Shown: positions 40,719-57,267, counted from the stretch's first letter. The stretch is DNA of 64,000 nt from the human T2T-CHM13v2.0 reference genome, Homo sapiens (GCF_009914755.1 NC_060930.1); one strand, 5' to 3'. Notes: generated from the sequence alone by a model not told the origin. Translations and numbers: made by a program.

Positions 40719-42199
40719 TATGAGTACAGGCAGCAGGCAGTGGCATCTTGCTAGAAGATGGTACTCTCAGATCAAGTTCATTGTCATGGGTTAGGAATAA
40801 GGAAATTCTTCAATGTGCAAGGGTACTATTCACCCATATAGTATAGTGGTTAAGAGATAGCCACAGTTCCTAATGTAATTCCATCAGGAACTGATTGAAG
40901 ACACTAAACAACATCCCTGTCTAAGCCCCAAAGGAACTACTTCTTAGGATTGTGAGAATTAAATAGGTAATGTAAACATTTGGCCTGGGTAATGCACTTA
41001 ATCCGAGGTCAGTTTTGTTACTACCATCCTCATTTTACAGATGAAACAGAATCTCGGAGCCTGTGCTTGCTCATTATTGAGTGGAGGATGAAGCAGCAGA
41101 GCAGGGTCAGAACCAGGCTCCCTGATGTCCGCCTCCATGCATGTCCAGTCACCTGAGCTCCTTTTGCATTTTGTGGCGTTCCATTTTGTCATCACCTCCC
41201 ACTTCAGGAGCCAGCTGGCTTTCCTCTTTACCCCAGAGTAGGTGTGAAAATGGGAGGTTTGTTGACCCTTTTGACTCTTCTCAGGGTTCAGAGAAAGGAG
41301 GTTAACATAAAATCAATAGCTGATAGGCTACCCTTGGTAGATCATTAGTAAATCACTGCTTTGAGGGCTTTGAATGTTTTTCCCTGCTTTAGGTTGAGAT
41401 TTTATAATTGAAATTACTCTCTGGTCCTAGCAATCTATTTTCAAAAAAAAAAAAAAAGATATTTAAATGGTAAGTGTCATAATGGCTGCAGTCTTACCCC
41501 TCTCTTGAGCTATCCAAGTTTACATATGGTGATTTAGAGAGATATTCTTTCATTTATTCAACAAATAGGTGACGATGCTGCCCTCCTAGGGCTTAGAATA
41601 TAAATTGTCTACACTGTAACTGTAATTAGTGCTAAATTGGGGACCCAGCCCATCTAAGAATCCTGCGAGTCTTCCCATTGTCGAAGGTGGATGAGGTAAA
41701 GAAGAGAACCTGTCACTTTCTTCATATACAGTAAAATTTCAATTTTAATATATATACAGTTATTTAATAATTGTAAGGCCAAGCGTATAACAATGAATGA
41801 AATGCTGGTCATGATATTCGAGGAATAGCTTGCATACAGTTTATTTAGAGAAACTAAAAAAGTCCTTAAATTGTTATTATTTTTTGCTGCCACGAAGCTT
41901 AAGTAGATAAATTTGCAACAAAAACACACAATATAAGGAACAAATAATAGAGTGGAGTCAAAGATGGTGAAGACCTGAGGTTGGGTTAATAAATTTATTT
42001 TGTCATAAACAGAGTCAGGAACAGTAGGAGGAACTAGTTGTGTTTATCTTTTGGGAGAGTGAATTTTTAATCATTTTTGGGTGGAGGGGCGTGATTTGTT
42101 AAAGGTGATAAAGTTGTTTTTAAACATATTTATTGTGAGGTGACACTGAGACATCTGAGTAGAAATGTTTAGTGAACATTTGTATTTTCCTTGAAGTCA

Positions 42200-42620
42200 A
42201 GGTGATGTTAGGTCTGACACCTCCTACTAGGGAGCCACAAGGGACCGAGGCTTCCCTTTCTCAGGCCTTTGGCAGTTTCATTGTGGGCAGGAATCCCACA
42301 CCCACCAATCAGATGCTGCCATCCGGGCTTTCCATCTTGAGGAATGAGGTGAAGGCAGGTCAGACCTTGCGATTGCAGCCTCCATGGAACTGAGGACTAC
42401 ACCAGGGCCTGGAAAGGGCAGGGGGACTGAGAGCAGTGGCGTGAGGGCCACATGCCCAGCAGCCTCCTCCTGTGCAGATCGTTTTGAGGGAGTGTGTTGC
42501 TTGTACCCTGCTTCCTACCCAACCCTGATTTTTCTGGCCTTCCTGTTGATCTGTCAAATGCCCTTACAGTGAGTGTTTTCTGCTCAAGTTAGGCAGAATT
42601 GGTTTTGGTCACCTGCATCC
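42200..42620 (+). mobile_element. Probable old solo LTR (MLT1-like)
   Basis: GC-richer block ending ctgctcaagttaggcagaattggttttggtcacctgca, resembling MLT1 3' termini. Confidence 0.45.
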
Positions 42621-42819
42621 GTGAACTCTGAATTAGGATCCCGTGAAACATATAAAGAGACATCATAGTTGGGAATGGATTTTCCTTCACATTATTACTA
42701 AATGAATACAATGAAATACTACCGTCTGCCCATGCTCATGGCGATGCGTGAAATAGTGTGTTCATTTTGCTGAGCTACTTCATTGCTATGTGACCTTGGG
42801 CAAGTAACATCTCTGCTTG

Positions 42820-43850
42820 GATGTCTAATAAACAAATTCCACAATTTCTGATATTACCCCCAAATCATCTTCTCCTTAGTCATTCTATCTCAGGGGGAAA
42901 AAAAAAAGGCACCTCTGTTACCACCAAGTTCTTCAAGCCAAAAACCAAATGGCCATTCCTGAACTCTTCCTTTCCATTGCTTCCCATCTCCCATCCATCC
43001 ACAGGTCTTCTTGGGATGACAAAGGATACTGTGACTCTCTTCTTCATTTTTGCCCCATCTCAACCACACAAATCCAAGTTACGTCATACCTTTACTCTTG
43101 AACAACTTTTCTTTCTTCAATTTTGTCCCATTGGAATCTTCTCTGCTTTCAAAATCCTCTCTCCAAAAAGAGAAATAACTTTTAAGTAACTTTTCTTGCT
43201 CCAGTTCTGTCCCTTGAAATCTTCTCTGTCTTTAAAATCTTCTCTCCAAAAGGCATCCTGAGTAATCCTTAAAATTGTAAATCAAACCTTGTCATTCTCT
43301 TATTTGAAGATCTTCCATCAGCTTCAGATGTAATGTTTGCTAAAAATATAAAGTCCTGACTGGCCTGCTAGGCTCTACATGATATTTGCCTGCCTGCTTC
43401 TCCCGGTTCATCTCATCCCCATCACACTCTAGCCAACCCTGGTCTCTCTTTCCCTCAAACAAACCAAGCTTTTCCTGTTGGCACTGCTCCTCCCATCCCC
43501 TGGAACATTCTTTCCCACATTGTTTCCCTACGGATCTTCTTCCTGACCATTACAGCTCTGCTCGGGTGCTTCTTCTCCAAGGAGGACCTTCCTCACCACT
43601 CCGTCATAGCATCCTCACACCCTCTTTTATATCATGGTATTTCTTTTTCATGGTGTTTATCACCATATGAAGTTATCTAATTTATGTGTATAATTGTGTA
43701 CTGCCGATCTCCCCCTGGAATATCAGCTCCGTGAAACCAGAGAGCTGCTTTCTTGTCTTTTTATTGTCCACTGAGTTTCCAATGCCTGGAAAGGTAATTA
43801 GCACATAATAAATGCATGATAAGTGCTTCTTGAATAAATGAACGAAATAA
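42820..43850 (+). mobile_element. L2a 3' region; internal ~84-bp-period duplication (43104-43253)
   Basis: Pyrimidine-rich L2 body ending aatgcctgg...gcacataataaatgc...ttgaataaatgaacgaa. Confidence 0.78.
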
Positions 43851-45221
43851 AGACTGAAGTTACTTAACTGTTGTAAGCTTTAATTTGTTGCATGAAATGC
43901 TTTTTTCTGGGATGTTGGCAAGATAAAGTAAAATATTGCATGTAAAGCACTTAGCACAGTGCTTGATATATCATAAGTGCTCCATAAATGTCACTGGTTT
44001 TTGTTTTTGTTGATGTTAAGCTAACATTATATAAATTTATGTCAGCACATGATCAGATGTTATTTGCTTTCTTCTTTTGGATAGATACCAGTGTAGACTA
44101 GCAGTATTTAAAGAAAATAAAGTTAGAATTTTTGCTTATGAGATATCTGTGATATATCTTATAGGCCATTATCAGAATCACCTGGCAACCCTTTTAACTC
44201 TTCCCTCCTTTTCCTAGGAGGGTGTATCAGATTCTCTTGGTAGAGGGTAGCTAGACACTGTTTAAAAATTTTCCCTGGGTGATTATCAACATTCTCACTG
44301 TCATCTACACTGAAGAAAAGAACATAGAAGATTCTGATGTAATTTACCTAAGGCCCAAACCATTTCCAGATTTAAGAATGCTTCCCAAAAGCAGAGAGGC
44401 AAGATAGGCAGTTATTTGGGGAGGCCCATGTATATTGGGGTCTGAGATACAGCAGTTGCCCAGTTGTTTCAGAGACTGGAATGCTGAAGCCCTGGGCACA
44501 GGAGTATACTAATGGTGAATTAACAGTGAGTGACCTCAATTTCCTTTCAGGAATGATCACCAAATGAGACCTGAGAGACCAACTGGTAGTCACAAATGGA
44601 AGGGAAATGAGCTCTGTGCATCATTATCCAAGTTGGCCTCTGGTCCTTTTTCATCTTATGAACAAGATTAGCTACAAATTGATCCATGTATTTTCTAGAA
44701 CATCAGGCATAGGTCCAGACCTGAACACAGGGAACAGCCCATGAGGAAACCTCCTTCCTTTGGAGGGTAATAACTATTAAAAAAGGAAATTAAATAGCGT
44801 GTGACTGCCCTGGTCCTGGAGGATCCCCTTAGGAAGCAGAAGCAAATCTGCTCCATTAACCAATCAATCAGTCTCTCTCCCACCTTTGTCCTGAATGATG
44901 TCTTAAGCATTTCTTTCTTGGGGCTGATTGTTTCCAGAGATATGCACAGAGGTAATCCTTCAGTGACTCTTGCTCAGTTCTGAAGATTGCAACAGATTCC
45001 TTCTTAAAGTCTAGTGTAAAAACCTATTTCCTATTTGTATATATTTGTTATGTTTTAAAGATAAAATATGCTGTATGTATGATTATAAAATATAACAATA
45101 TAACATATTCAGTTAAATTTTAGAATTTTATATTCTGTATCCTGTCATTTTAATTGGAAGAAGTATGGCCTAATGGAAATGTTCAATGTTCTTTTTTTTT
45201 TCTTTTCTTTTAATCTGTTAG

Positions 45222-45371
45222 TGCTGCCAACTGTCCCTATTCAGAAATCAATTTGAATAAAGACCGTATTTTTCCAGACCGCTTAAGTGGTGAGATGCCT
45301 CCGGCTAGTCCGTCATTTCCAAGAAATAAAAGGACAGATGCAAATGAAAGCTCTTCTTCCCCTGAAATCAG
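45222..45371 (+). CDS. L3MBTL3: L3MBTL3 exon J (150 nt, phase 2/2): SAANCPYSEINLNKDRIFPDRLSGEMPPASPSFPRNKRTDANESSSSPEI-R
   Basis: T-rich tract with gttag| acceptor and donor CAG|gtaatc. Supplies the final Cys (CPY) of the finger; stop-free in the expected frame. Confidence 0.94.
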
Positions 45372-46326
45372 GTAATCAAAGAGCTAATATTAGCATTGTT
45401 TAGAAGTACTCTAATTTAAAGAGATTTTTTATCTTTTAGATATTTTATTTCCTATAGCAATGTTTTCTTGGAGATTGTTGAAAATACACCTGACTTAATG
45501 TGAAATGATGGTAGAGATCAGTACTTGAACTTAAAAAAAAAAAATTAGAGAATTGATAAAAGCATGTCCAAATCAGGCAGGATTTTTCTCTGACTCATTT
45601 TTTTTTTTTAATTTGCTTGGTGTTAGAGGTAGGAATTTGGAAATTCCAGTCATTTTACTGCATACCAGTTAATATTTCTGCATGAATTGATCAATACTTA
45701 CATAGAGTCAACCTTTATCAGTAAAGTAGTGGACTGGTGAAGAATGGACATTATTTCTTTTAGTGCTCATTATATGCCAAGTACTTGCATATACATTATT
45801 TCATTTAATTATTAATATGTTAATTGTTTTATAAGCCCAGTCATTTAGTTTTTACTTGAGTTGGAATGTTTAACCCCAGTGGTTTATTAAGTGAAGAACC
45901 AAACTGATACATCTTTAAGCAAGTGATCCATTCCCTGATATTAACTGAGGATGCTATTAAAAGAAAGAACAGATTAGGAAAAAGACATTTCTTAATACTT
46001 AGGTTTTGGCTTTCTCTTTTATGAATTACTTTAAAACCTAAGGCTACCTAGTTTATTTTTATATTTTATAATTTCCGTTATTCTGGATGAACCTAGTGGG
46101 CATTTAAATCAATGCATTGTCATAGGAGTAATGGCATTTAAACTAAAGGATTGTTTTCTTTATAGAGAAGCAGTTTACCCTTTGGATGGAGTAGGGGACA
46201 CCTACAACTTCTTCTGGTATTAACAACAGTGATGGTTTTTTAAATCCTTAAAACCACGACTGATAACATAAACTCATTTACCAAATCCCAGCATCCAAAA
46301 ATGAGGGTCACTTGAAAAAATTTACC

Positions 46327-46437
46327 AGGATCATTTGAGCCTGGGAGGTCGAGGCTGCAGTGAGCCAGGATCATGACACTGCACTTCAGCCTGGGTGACA
46401 GAGTGAGACCCTGTCTCAAAAAAAAAAAAAAAAAAAA
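46327..46437 (+). mobile_element. 5'-truncated AluJ right arm with poly-A
   Basis: aggatcatttgagcctgggaggtcgaggctgcagtgag...ctcaaaa; degenerate TSD aaaaaatttac / aaaaaattaac. Confidence 0.88.
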
Positions 46438-49010
46438 TTAACTTTAAAACATATAACGGTTATTAACTCATGTAGACATGATTATAGATACAGGGTTCAT
46501 TGACTAAAACGGTGGTAAGAATACGCTTTAGATTTCAAAATTGGTTTTAAAAAATTTAAAAATTGTTTATTGTTTAAAAAGTATCAACAGAATACTCAGA
46601 AGGGTTGGTAGTGCCTGTTGTAGGTTTTTCAATAATTGTCTGGTTGCTTGGTCCAAATACCTGGAGCCAAAGTCTTCTCACAGAGCAAAGAAGTGGTTAG
46701 TTTGGATGATTTTGTGGATTCCTTTTTGGCTGTAAATCCATATAAGAGTAGAGTAATCTTTATAATGAGTCTAACCGTTTCGGTGTTCTGTCTTCTGTTC
46801 ACGTGTGGTCCTGGGCCTTCCTCATGGTCAGCATTTGTGATCAAGGAAACAATCTCAGACATTTTAAAGTTTTCTATTTATAACCCATTGCACATATTTC
46901 ATGTCTAAATATTTTTAAAATGATATTTTTGCCTATGCCTATTAATACTTATCATTAGTAATTACTACCTATTAAAACCTAATTATTGATTACCTAATAA
47001 TTATTACCTATTAATAATTAAATGAAATAATGTCTGTGCAAGTACTTGGCATACCATCTTTTGAGTCAATGAGGTCTGACCTGCCATTACTTTTCCTTGT
47101 CTTTTCACTGTTTTTGTAACTTTTCTGCAAAAATGAGTGGGTTTGAAAGTTCCCATCCTCTCTCTGGGGTTTCAATGAAAGCCTTTACTCACTGAGACCT
47201 TGAATTGACTCACTTAGGATTGTCACCTCCACTGTCAAAAATAAAATGAAATGTATGTCCTTGCTCTATATCACTGTATATGTGCAAAGCAGTACTTTAG
47301 TTTGTCAGTTGAGCCTCCCTTTCTGCCACTTCCCCTTTTTGCGGCCCTGGGAATCAAGCAAGAAATGAAAATGTCCGAAGCAGCCTGTGAGCTAGTGATC
47401 TGCTGAAATGGCTCCACTCAGAAGGTGTTAGTGGTAGGAAGTTTGATTACCATTGAGGTATGCAGCAACGCTGGTCTTAGAATTCTTCTCCTAATCATCT
47501 CCTCCCCTTCCAAAGCTCCCCATCTTCCATCCTGACTCACATTTTTTCCAAGAGGTCAAAGAGCCCTTCTCCCTTCCTGTTGGTCTCTTATAAACCTTAA
47601 CTTTGAGTGTAACCCAAGGCTGGAAACATATCTTTAAGAGGTAAAGAAATGCCCTTCCACTCATTTCCCAATGGGTTTCCTCCTTTTCAGGAAAATCCTG
47701 AGCATGCCACATTACTAGTAATCTTATGTTTTGAATTGTGTGTATGCATGTGTCTTAATCATGTCAAAGTGTCCCATTTGATTATTGTGAAAATGATCAG
47801 AGGTGTCCATGTCTAACCCTTGAGAAGATACTGGCAGAGTAGCAATGACCATCCTCTGGCCTGAGATCAGCCAGGAGTGAGAAGCAGTGGTAGGACCCAA
47901 TTTGTCCTAGTGTCATGACTTGATACCTCTCCCTAGACACCCTGGAGTCTTTTTCTTAAGGGTTCAGAGGTGAGTGCTCTGTAGAGGTGTTCATAGGTTG
48001 AACTGTATCTTCTTGACTCACTTTCTGTACCAGGTTTGGCCAAAACTACAGTTTTAATATGTAGGAAATGTAAAAGAGCTACAACTTAGACTTTCTAACT
48101 ATTTATTTAGAGTTTTATATTTTTTCTTTCTTCTTCCCACATAACCAGGATGCAGTAAGTCAGTTCCACCTTGGATAAATCAGCAGTATACAAAGAGGTT
48201 GAAAAATAAAAAAGGTTATGAGGATCCTGAGCTTTCTGTTTAACTAAAAAGAATTTAATGCCTTAAAACCTAGAGGTAGCAAGTAATCTCATCTTCATTG
48301 AAGCTTCTATAATTCCTGTAAAGTGTCTATAAAAGTAAAACTAAATGACAATAAATACTGATATATTAAAAAAACATTTGTTAAGCATTTTCTAGGTGCT
48401 ATACTTGGTGTCCCATACATTATACAAGCATGGTTCTTGTTTCTTCTGGCAATTTTCCTCAAATGTTATCTTCCTGAGCAAATGCTGTCAGTGATGCCAA
48501 CCTTTTTTCTGTTTAGTACTGTCTTAGTTATAGTTTAAGGTACATAAACCAGTGAGAGACACTAAAACTTTGGAGGTAGAAAGTTGATGCAACTAAACTC
48601 TCTTAGGGGTTTTTTTCCTCCCATGCAACTTTAACACTTGGCTTTTTGCCATTGTTCTGCATGCGTGGCCATCTAAGCTCTTAATGTAGCTCTGAAGATT
48701 AGTTCTGTCTTTGATGCAGGCCCAAGGAACAAATGAGTGAGTGGTTGAAGCCCAGCACAGCAAGAGCAACACCATGGTGTTTTCTGTTCCTCCAGAAAAG
48801 AGCAGCAGAATGTGGTGATTAGGAACATGGGGCACTGCTTGGATTTAAATCTCGGCTTCCCTACTTGCTAGGTTTATGATCTTTGATGAATTACTCAATA
48901 GCTCTTCACTTTGAATCTCATAATTTATGAGGATTACATGAGATGAAAAATGCAAATATGAAGCTCTTGGAATAGTGATTAATAAGTCATAAGCCCTCAA
49001 TAAATGTTAG

Positions 49011-49324
<314 letters not shown>

Positions 49325-49469
49325 CAAATGTTAGTTTTTATTAGTGTTGTTGAAAGAGAAATAGATTACTTTGTTTCATTATATGTCTTTTATTCCTTAG
49401 GAGCAAATGAATGGCTGGACCATTTGTTTACTATATTTTTTTTTTGGTGGGGGGAGGATTTTATTTTAT

Positions 49470-51680
<2,211 letters not shown>

Positions 51681-51864
51681 CTATTCTTAAGTTAAGCTTT
51701 GAATAGATTGCTCAAGCAAGAGATTCCCTTAATATCACATTACTCACCTGGATGTAATTTCCCACTCAGATTTTAACAAATTTTCTTTGCATTTTTCTTA
51801 AGAATTTACTAAAATTTGGTTGCCAGACATTATGATTTTTTTTTAATGCACTTTGCCACACAAG

Positions 51865-52305
51865 AGACAATTTGCATCCTTGGAAGCAAACTCTGAGACA
51901 AGGATTTAATTGCAAGTAGTTTACTTAGTAGGTCAAGAAAATATCAGTAGGCAAGTAAGGAAGTGATGCAGGGAAGGGCAGACAGCCAGAAAAAGCTTAG
52001 TTGTCACGCTGGTTACCACCATGGACAGCAGGAACACAGACCTGCTGGGAAAACTCTGGAATTTCTTATAAATTGCATATCTCAGAGTTAGCCCACCATA
52101 GGGATGAGGGAGCTGAACTACTGAAACACCAATTTCCTTGAACCAGAGTGAGGCTGTACATGTTAATTCCCCAGCACATCCTCCCTGCCACACAGCAGGC
52201 CAAGCAGCCAGAGCCCAGGGAAGTCCTGCAGGAAATCAGCGCAGGTGAGACAGGTGGATCAGGCTGGTGTGTGCTGAAGTGAAGCTGTGGGCTGTGGCAT
52301 CAACC
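51865..52305 (-). mobile_element. LTR33-like ERVL solo LTR
   Basis: gaagcaaactctgagacaaggatttaattgcaagtagttta...ctggttaccacc...ctcagagttagcccacc...gttaattcccc match the recalled LTR33 reverse complement. Confidence 0.72.
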
Positions 52306-52634
52306 CAATGCCTATTCCAGATGCCAGGCAGTCCCCAGAATGAGTGATGTGCTGACGTTGCTTTTGATTCAGAGCTTATTTGTAATAGGACTAGCATAAG
52401 TTAACAGTGTGAGGAATGAATGTCCTTTTCCTGTCATAACATTATTTTAAAGGTCACCTGCTCAGAATAGAGCCATGGGCAGCTAATGTTCCATCACACT
52501 CATTCCCAAATTTGGCTTCATATCAGATCCCCTGGGACTTCCTTAAAACTCAGATTTGAGGTCCTATCTTAGCCCACCACATTCTGCCAGGCTAGAGCTT
52601 TGGAGTCCAGACTCAAATATTTATGTGAGTGTCT

Positions 52635-53100
52635 GTCCCCCTGCTCAAAACTCAATGACTTCCCGTTATTCTTGGAATTAAGACCCTAATTCTCAGCATG
52701 GCCTACAAAGCCTTGTGTCATCTGGCCCCTGCCTAACTCCTGCTTTGTCTCTGCAGGCTCTTTTTTCAACCTATGCTTCAGCCACCCTGTCCTGAGATAC
52801 CTCCTTTCCCTCTGTCTAGATCCTCTCTGTGCCATCTCCTAGCTAATCTCTCATCTTTGGGGTGTCAGATTCACTCTCCTTTCCTCAGGGAAGCTTTATC
52901 TGATCATCCAGATTTTGGACCAAGTCCTTCATTACATGCTTTCTCATCTCACGTCCCAATGCTGTTGACGTTCTTGGGTAAACACCTCTGTGTACTTTGC
53001 TTGATGATGTGCTCCATAAAGGCAGGGGCCATGTCTTTTCTTACTCTCCGAGTTGCCCTAACCTGAGCACACTCCCTTGCGTGCAGTAGTGACCTCGAAC
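52635..53100 (+). mobile_element. L2 fragment
   Basis: cctgctcaaaactcaatgacttccc...ggcctacaaagcctt...gctccataaaggcagggg. Confidence 0.7.
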
Positions 53101-53919
53101 CATCCATCTGTCTTCCATGGACAGCTATCAGTTATGTAACCTAAGAGGCAATAGCTGTATAACATTTCTGTTCAGTTAAAACTCCTACACTTTGAACTGT
53201 GAGATCACCATTCCAGATATGTAAGGAGTGATTATTAAATGTTGAGATAAATTCCCCAAAAACATACCTGCACTCTCTCATTAATTAGAGTGGTATGTCC
53301 CAAACTGTTGTTGTTTAGTTTCCTGGCCCACATAGAAAATGATACCACAGAAATGACAATGTTTGTGTCGAACACCAAAGAAATGGATGAGGCTGCCTAC
53401 CAGTCACCAGAGAGGGATGCAGCGGGCTGTGGGGATCAGTATCTCAGAACATTTGTACCCTAGGATTCAGGGCATCCTCATCGGGAAGCTCTGCCCCATA
53501 TTAAGACGGTCCCACCCTGAATCCACCTGGTATGCCGAATGCTTGGATCTCTTTTCCTACAGAGACTTGTCAAATGGGTGTGAGTGAAGGGAAGTCCCAG
53601 TGCCTCTAGATAGAAATGTGAGTACGTGGTCCTTATAGACAGAAATGTGAGTATGCAATCCTATCCCAGTGATCCATTTATTCATCAGAAGTATGAGGAG
53701 TGTCTTTTGTGCCAGTGCTTGCTGTGAAAAGATGCTTTCCTCACTGTGGACAGTGGCAGCTCATCTCTGCCCTCACGCTGCTCCTAGAGGCAAGATGTTG
53801 AGGCATGGGCTCTACCAGTGAGTGGAGTAGCTTTTCCTGGGGACTGATAACTTAAATCTCTGCATATCTACAGCTGAGTGAAACAATATATGTGTTTCTC
53901 TGTATGTCTTAATAAAACT

Positions 53920-54126
53920 GTGGGTCTCAAACTTTGATTTGCACCAGAATCATTTGAGATGCTTGTTAAAAATGTGGCTTTTGAGGCACTGCTCCCGGAG
54001 GTACTCATTCAGGAAATGGAATTCTTGTGTTCATAAAAATGAAGGCACAGGAATCTTCATTTTTTAACCAGCCCTCCCAGGTGACAGATGCAAGTAGTCT
54101 ATAAATCAGGCTTTGGGAATCACTAC
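53920..54126. mobile_element. MER5-type hAT fossil (a second, more degraded copy at ~44170-44320)
   Basis: gtgggtctcaaacttt...cagaatcattt...tttttaaccagccctcccaggtga...ctttgggaatcact. Confidence 0.72.
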
Positions 54127-56984
54127 TGAATGAAAACACCCTTTTCAGGGGTAATACTTCACAATGTGTTATTAGTTGGGAAACATCGGGCATCCATCCC
54201 ACATAGCCTTGTTCTCATGAAATCTATTCTACAGCTGCTTATAATTGTGTTCTAAATTAGGTACTATCTCTATTAAAAATCACTTAATGTTTTGAGCTCC
54301 CATGTTGTTTAAGCCTGCTAAACATCAGCCACAGAAACACAATAAAGCAGCTTTAAAATGCCTGCCAAATGCTTAGATTACCTTGCAAGGCAAATGCCCA
54401 CTGCTTAACTGGTCTAATGGCAGAAATCAGTCTGTTCAGTTCATTATAGGCCATTAAAATGGCTTCTCAAGTTGTAAGACCAGTGTTTCCACTATGAGAA
54501 CTACATAGAGCGGTTGCAAGAATTGCAGACATCAATCTGGTTTATATTTTTAGCACGAATCCAATTTTGCTAGTCACACCGAAAGCCGAGTCTGTACCCT
54601 GTTAAACAGATAGGAAAGCAAGCTAACATAAAGTATGAAGCTAAAAGCATATATAAATCTATTTGCTTTGCAAAACTATCACATCAAATAGAATAAAATC
54701 AATTTAGAGCCAACCATTCTAAAAGATTACAAAAGTTAATTAGTAAACCTTGGGAAGTTGGTTTTTTGCCCCATGAGGTCTTCTGGGCCGAGAGCTTCAT
54801 GTTGAATATCGGCGAAAGTAATTTCAATGACTAGGCATTCTCTGGCTATTGTAAAACCTCTTCTCCCTTTTTGTTGATGGGCTTCCAGGTATGAATTAGG
54901 AGCTCTGGAAGTGTTTTCCTATTCTAGCTCTTGAGAACTTGAGTTAAATCTGTGTAGTTGTTTATGTACCCCAAAGAGTAGCTTAGTGTTTAGTTAAAAC
55001 ACTCACAGTTCTGATGCCAACCACTGTGACACCAAGGCAGCCATTCAAAGTGCAGGGATAAGATGACTGTGTTATTGCTATATGCCTGTGAAGTTGTTGG
55101 AACAATATTGTAACAGGATCTTACTCTATCTCCTTGAATATCACCAATTTCTGACTCAGGAAACCCTTTTCTGTAGAGTAGAAAAGCGGTGACATCTGTT
55201 CTCTTTTCCACAACAACAACAACAAAGTAATAGAGTCTCACTCTTAAGAGACATCATCTTTATTTCCCAAACCTCACCTTATTCGTTAAGGCTTTTCATT
55301 TAATAAGAGGATTAATTGCTGAGTTTTTCTGGAGGGTTTTTCCTTGTTATCTTGGTAATACCCACCTCATTTATTCATTATATTCCTTTTATTGTATTCT
55401 TTCACTAGCGTATGGTCCTTATGCTAAATTATAATTAAATAGGCCTGTTAACCAAAATGTTTTTATTCATTAGATACACAGTAAACCATGTTTACCTCTC
55501 CTGGGTGATGTTTATGAAAACATAATTCAGTAAAACCGTTGCTGTTGTATCATCTCAAAAGGAATTTAATTTTAAAAACTCTTTATTTGAATGTTACTCA
55601 TAGTTGCAGAAGTTTTAGTCCCAAGTCCCACTGGTTTTATTTGCCATCTTTTTCTGAATCCCTTCGAAGGTGGTGATCTCCTTGACCTGAAGCTCCTCAA
55701 GTACAGTCGCTCTTCATTTGTACGAGGCATTTTGGAGGCAGTTCAAGTATTCTTTTAAACTTTCTTTAGAGAATGTGGAGATTCTCATTCCCTTATGTTT
55801 TTACCTGCGAGTAAGTCACAGCTCAGAAACTTAAAAAAAAAAAAAATGCTGGGAGCATGCAAAGAGACATTCTTTTGATGGCCAAAACAGAAAAACTACA
55901 TTTTTTAGAGCTCTCTGGTAGTCATCTTCCCCGCTTGTTACTGGGGAAGTACAAGTCTCTTTCAGTTCTGCAAAGGCCCCATGAGACTAGAATAAGCTAT
56001 TTTGAAAAGAGAAGGGTGGCGTTATTTTAAACCAAGCCAAACTAAGGAGTGAACTTTCACACTTGAGCTGCCGCAAGGTAGCCATGTCTCTGATGCTGGG
56101 CCAGCAATAACTGTCAATCCGAGCTTCCTAACCTGGTTGGCAAATATTTCAATCTACATGGCAATCTGCATCTGCCTCCTTTCCTGCTGGACTTAAAGAG
56201 GTGGCGGAAATCGATAAATCCCTAAATTGGGGCAAAATAATTTGTTTTTCAATATTTTTTAACAGACTGGAACTAATTGAAACGTAATTGGTTAGAAATT
56301 GTTTTTATATGACAAACAGACTTGAAGAAATACAGCTGCACATATTCAACTGCCATCCTATGCATTTACCATTCTAATGTCTGTTTTACTAATATTTATC
56401 ACAAAGCATAATTAGATTAAGACAGTAAGACCTCTAAAAAGTGACACATAATTACAGAGAAAAAGAAAATACTGAGTCATAAAGAATACATTTTTCCATT
56501 CAAGTGGATTCCACTGTCTTTATTAAAAGCCAAAAGTATTCTTGAGTAAGATTTCACTATGATTGTATTTCCATTCAATACAACTGAAATGTATTGAATT
56601 GAATTGAATTGTATTGAATTGCAACTAAAGAAATATTGCAGTAAATGGCTTCTTGAAAATTCTGAAATTCCAAGAGAAATTGCTGTTTTCCATGCACTTT
56701 TTTTTAGGTGCTTTTACCTATGTGGGTGCATTTAATCTTCATGATACCTTATGTGGTGTAGTTGCTATCATCACACCTTCATTCTACAAACATGGAACCT
56801 CCTTTGGTTAGAGGCCACATAGCTAGTCCGTAGCAGACCTGGGTTATAACCCAGACAGTCTGACTGTAGTCTGTGCTTGGAACCATTACTCTAAAAGCTA
56901 TTTTAATAGTTGAAGAAAGGTTAGTTAAAGACAACAGGTGTCAGTAGATAATTTTATCCTACAATATAAGTAATTTATAACTAG

Positions 56985-57230
56985 GAATAGCTGCTGTGCA
57001 TCATGCTCCTACTTAAGTGCCTGGCTCTGTGCTAAGTGCTTTCTATACATTATTTTATTTCATTCTTAACATGCCCCTCTGACGTAAAGGATTTATTATC
57101 CTTGTTTTACCAATGATGTAACTGAGAATTAGACAAATTAAGTAATTTGCTGATGGTCGTGTAAACCTAGTGAGTAGCAGAACTGAAATTTAAACCAGAT
57201 CTCTTCACTTCCTAAGATCATAGTAACCAC
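56985..57230 (-). mobile_element. MIR (another MIR at ~56715-56890)
   Basis: gtgcctggctctgtgctaagtgcttt...aactgagaattagacaaattaagtaatttgc. Confidence 0.75.
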
Positions 57231-57267
57231 TATTGCTGGGCTGCTTCCTCCATGTTAAGATTCATGC

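Noticed and set aside
45256-45330. Two AATAAA hexamers inside exon J
   Set aside because: Both are in-frame Asn-Lys codons; there is no clear downstream GU-rich element, and the nearby donor would suppress cleavage.
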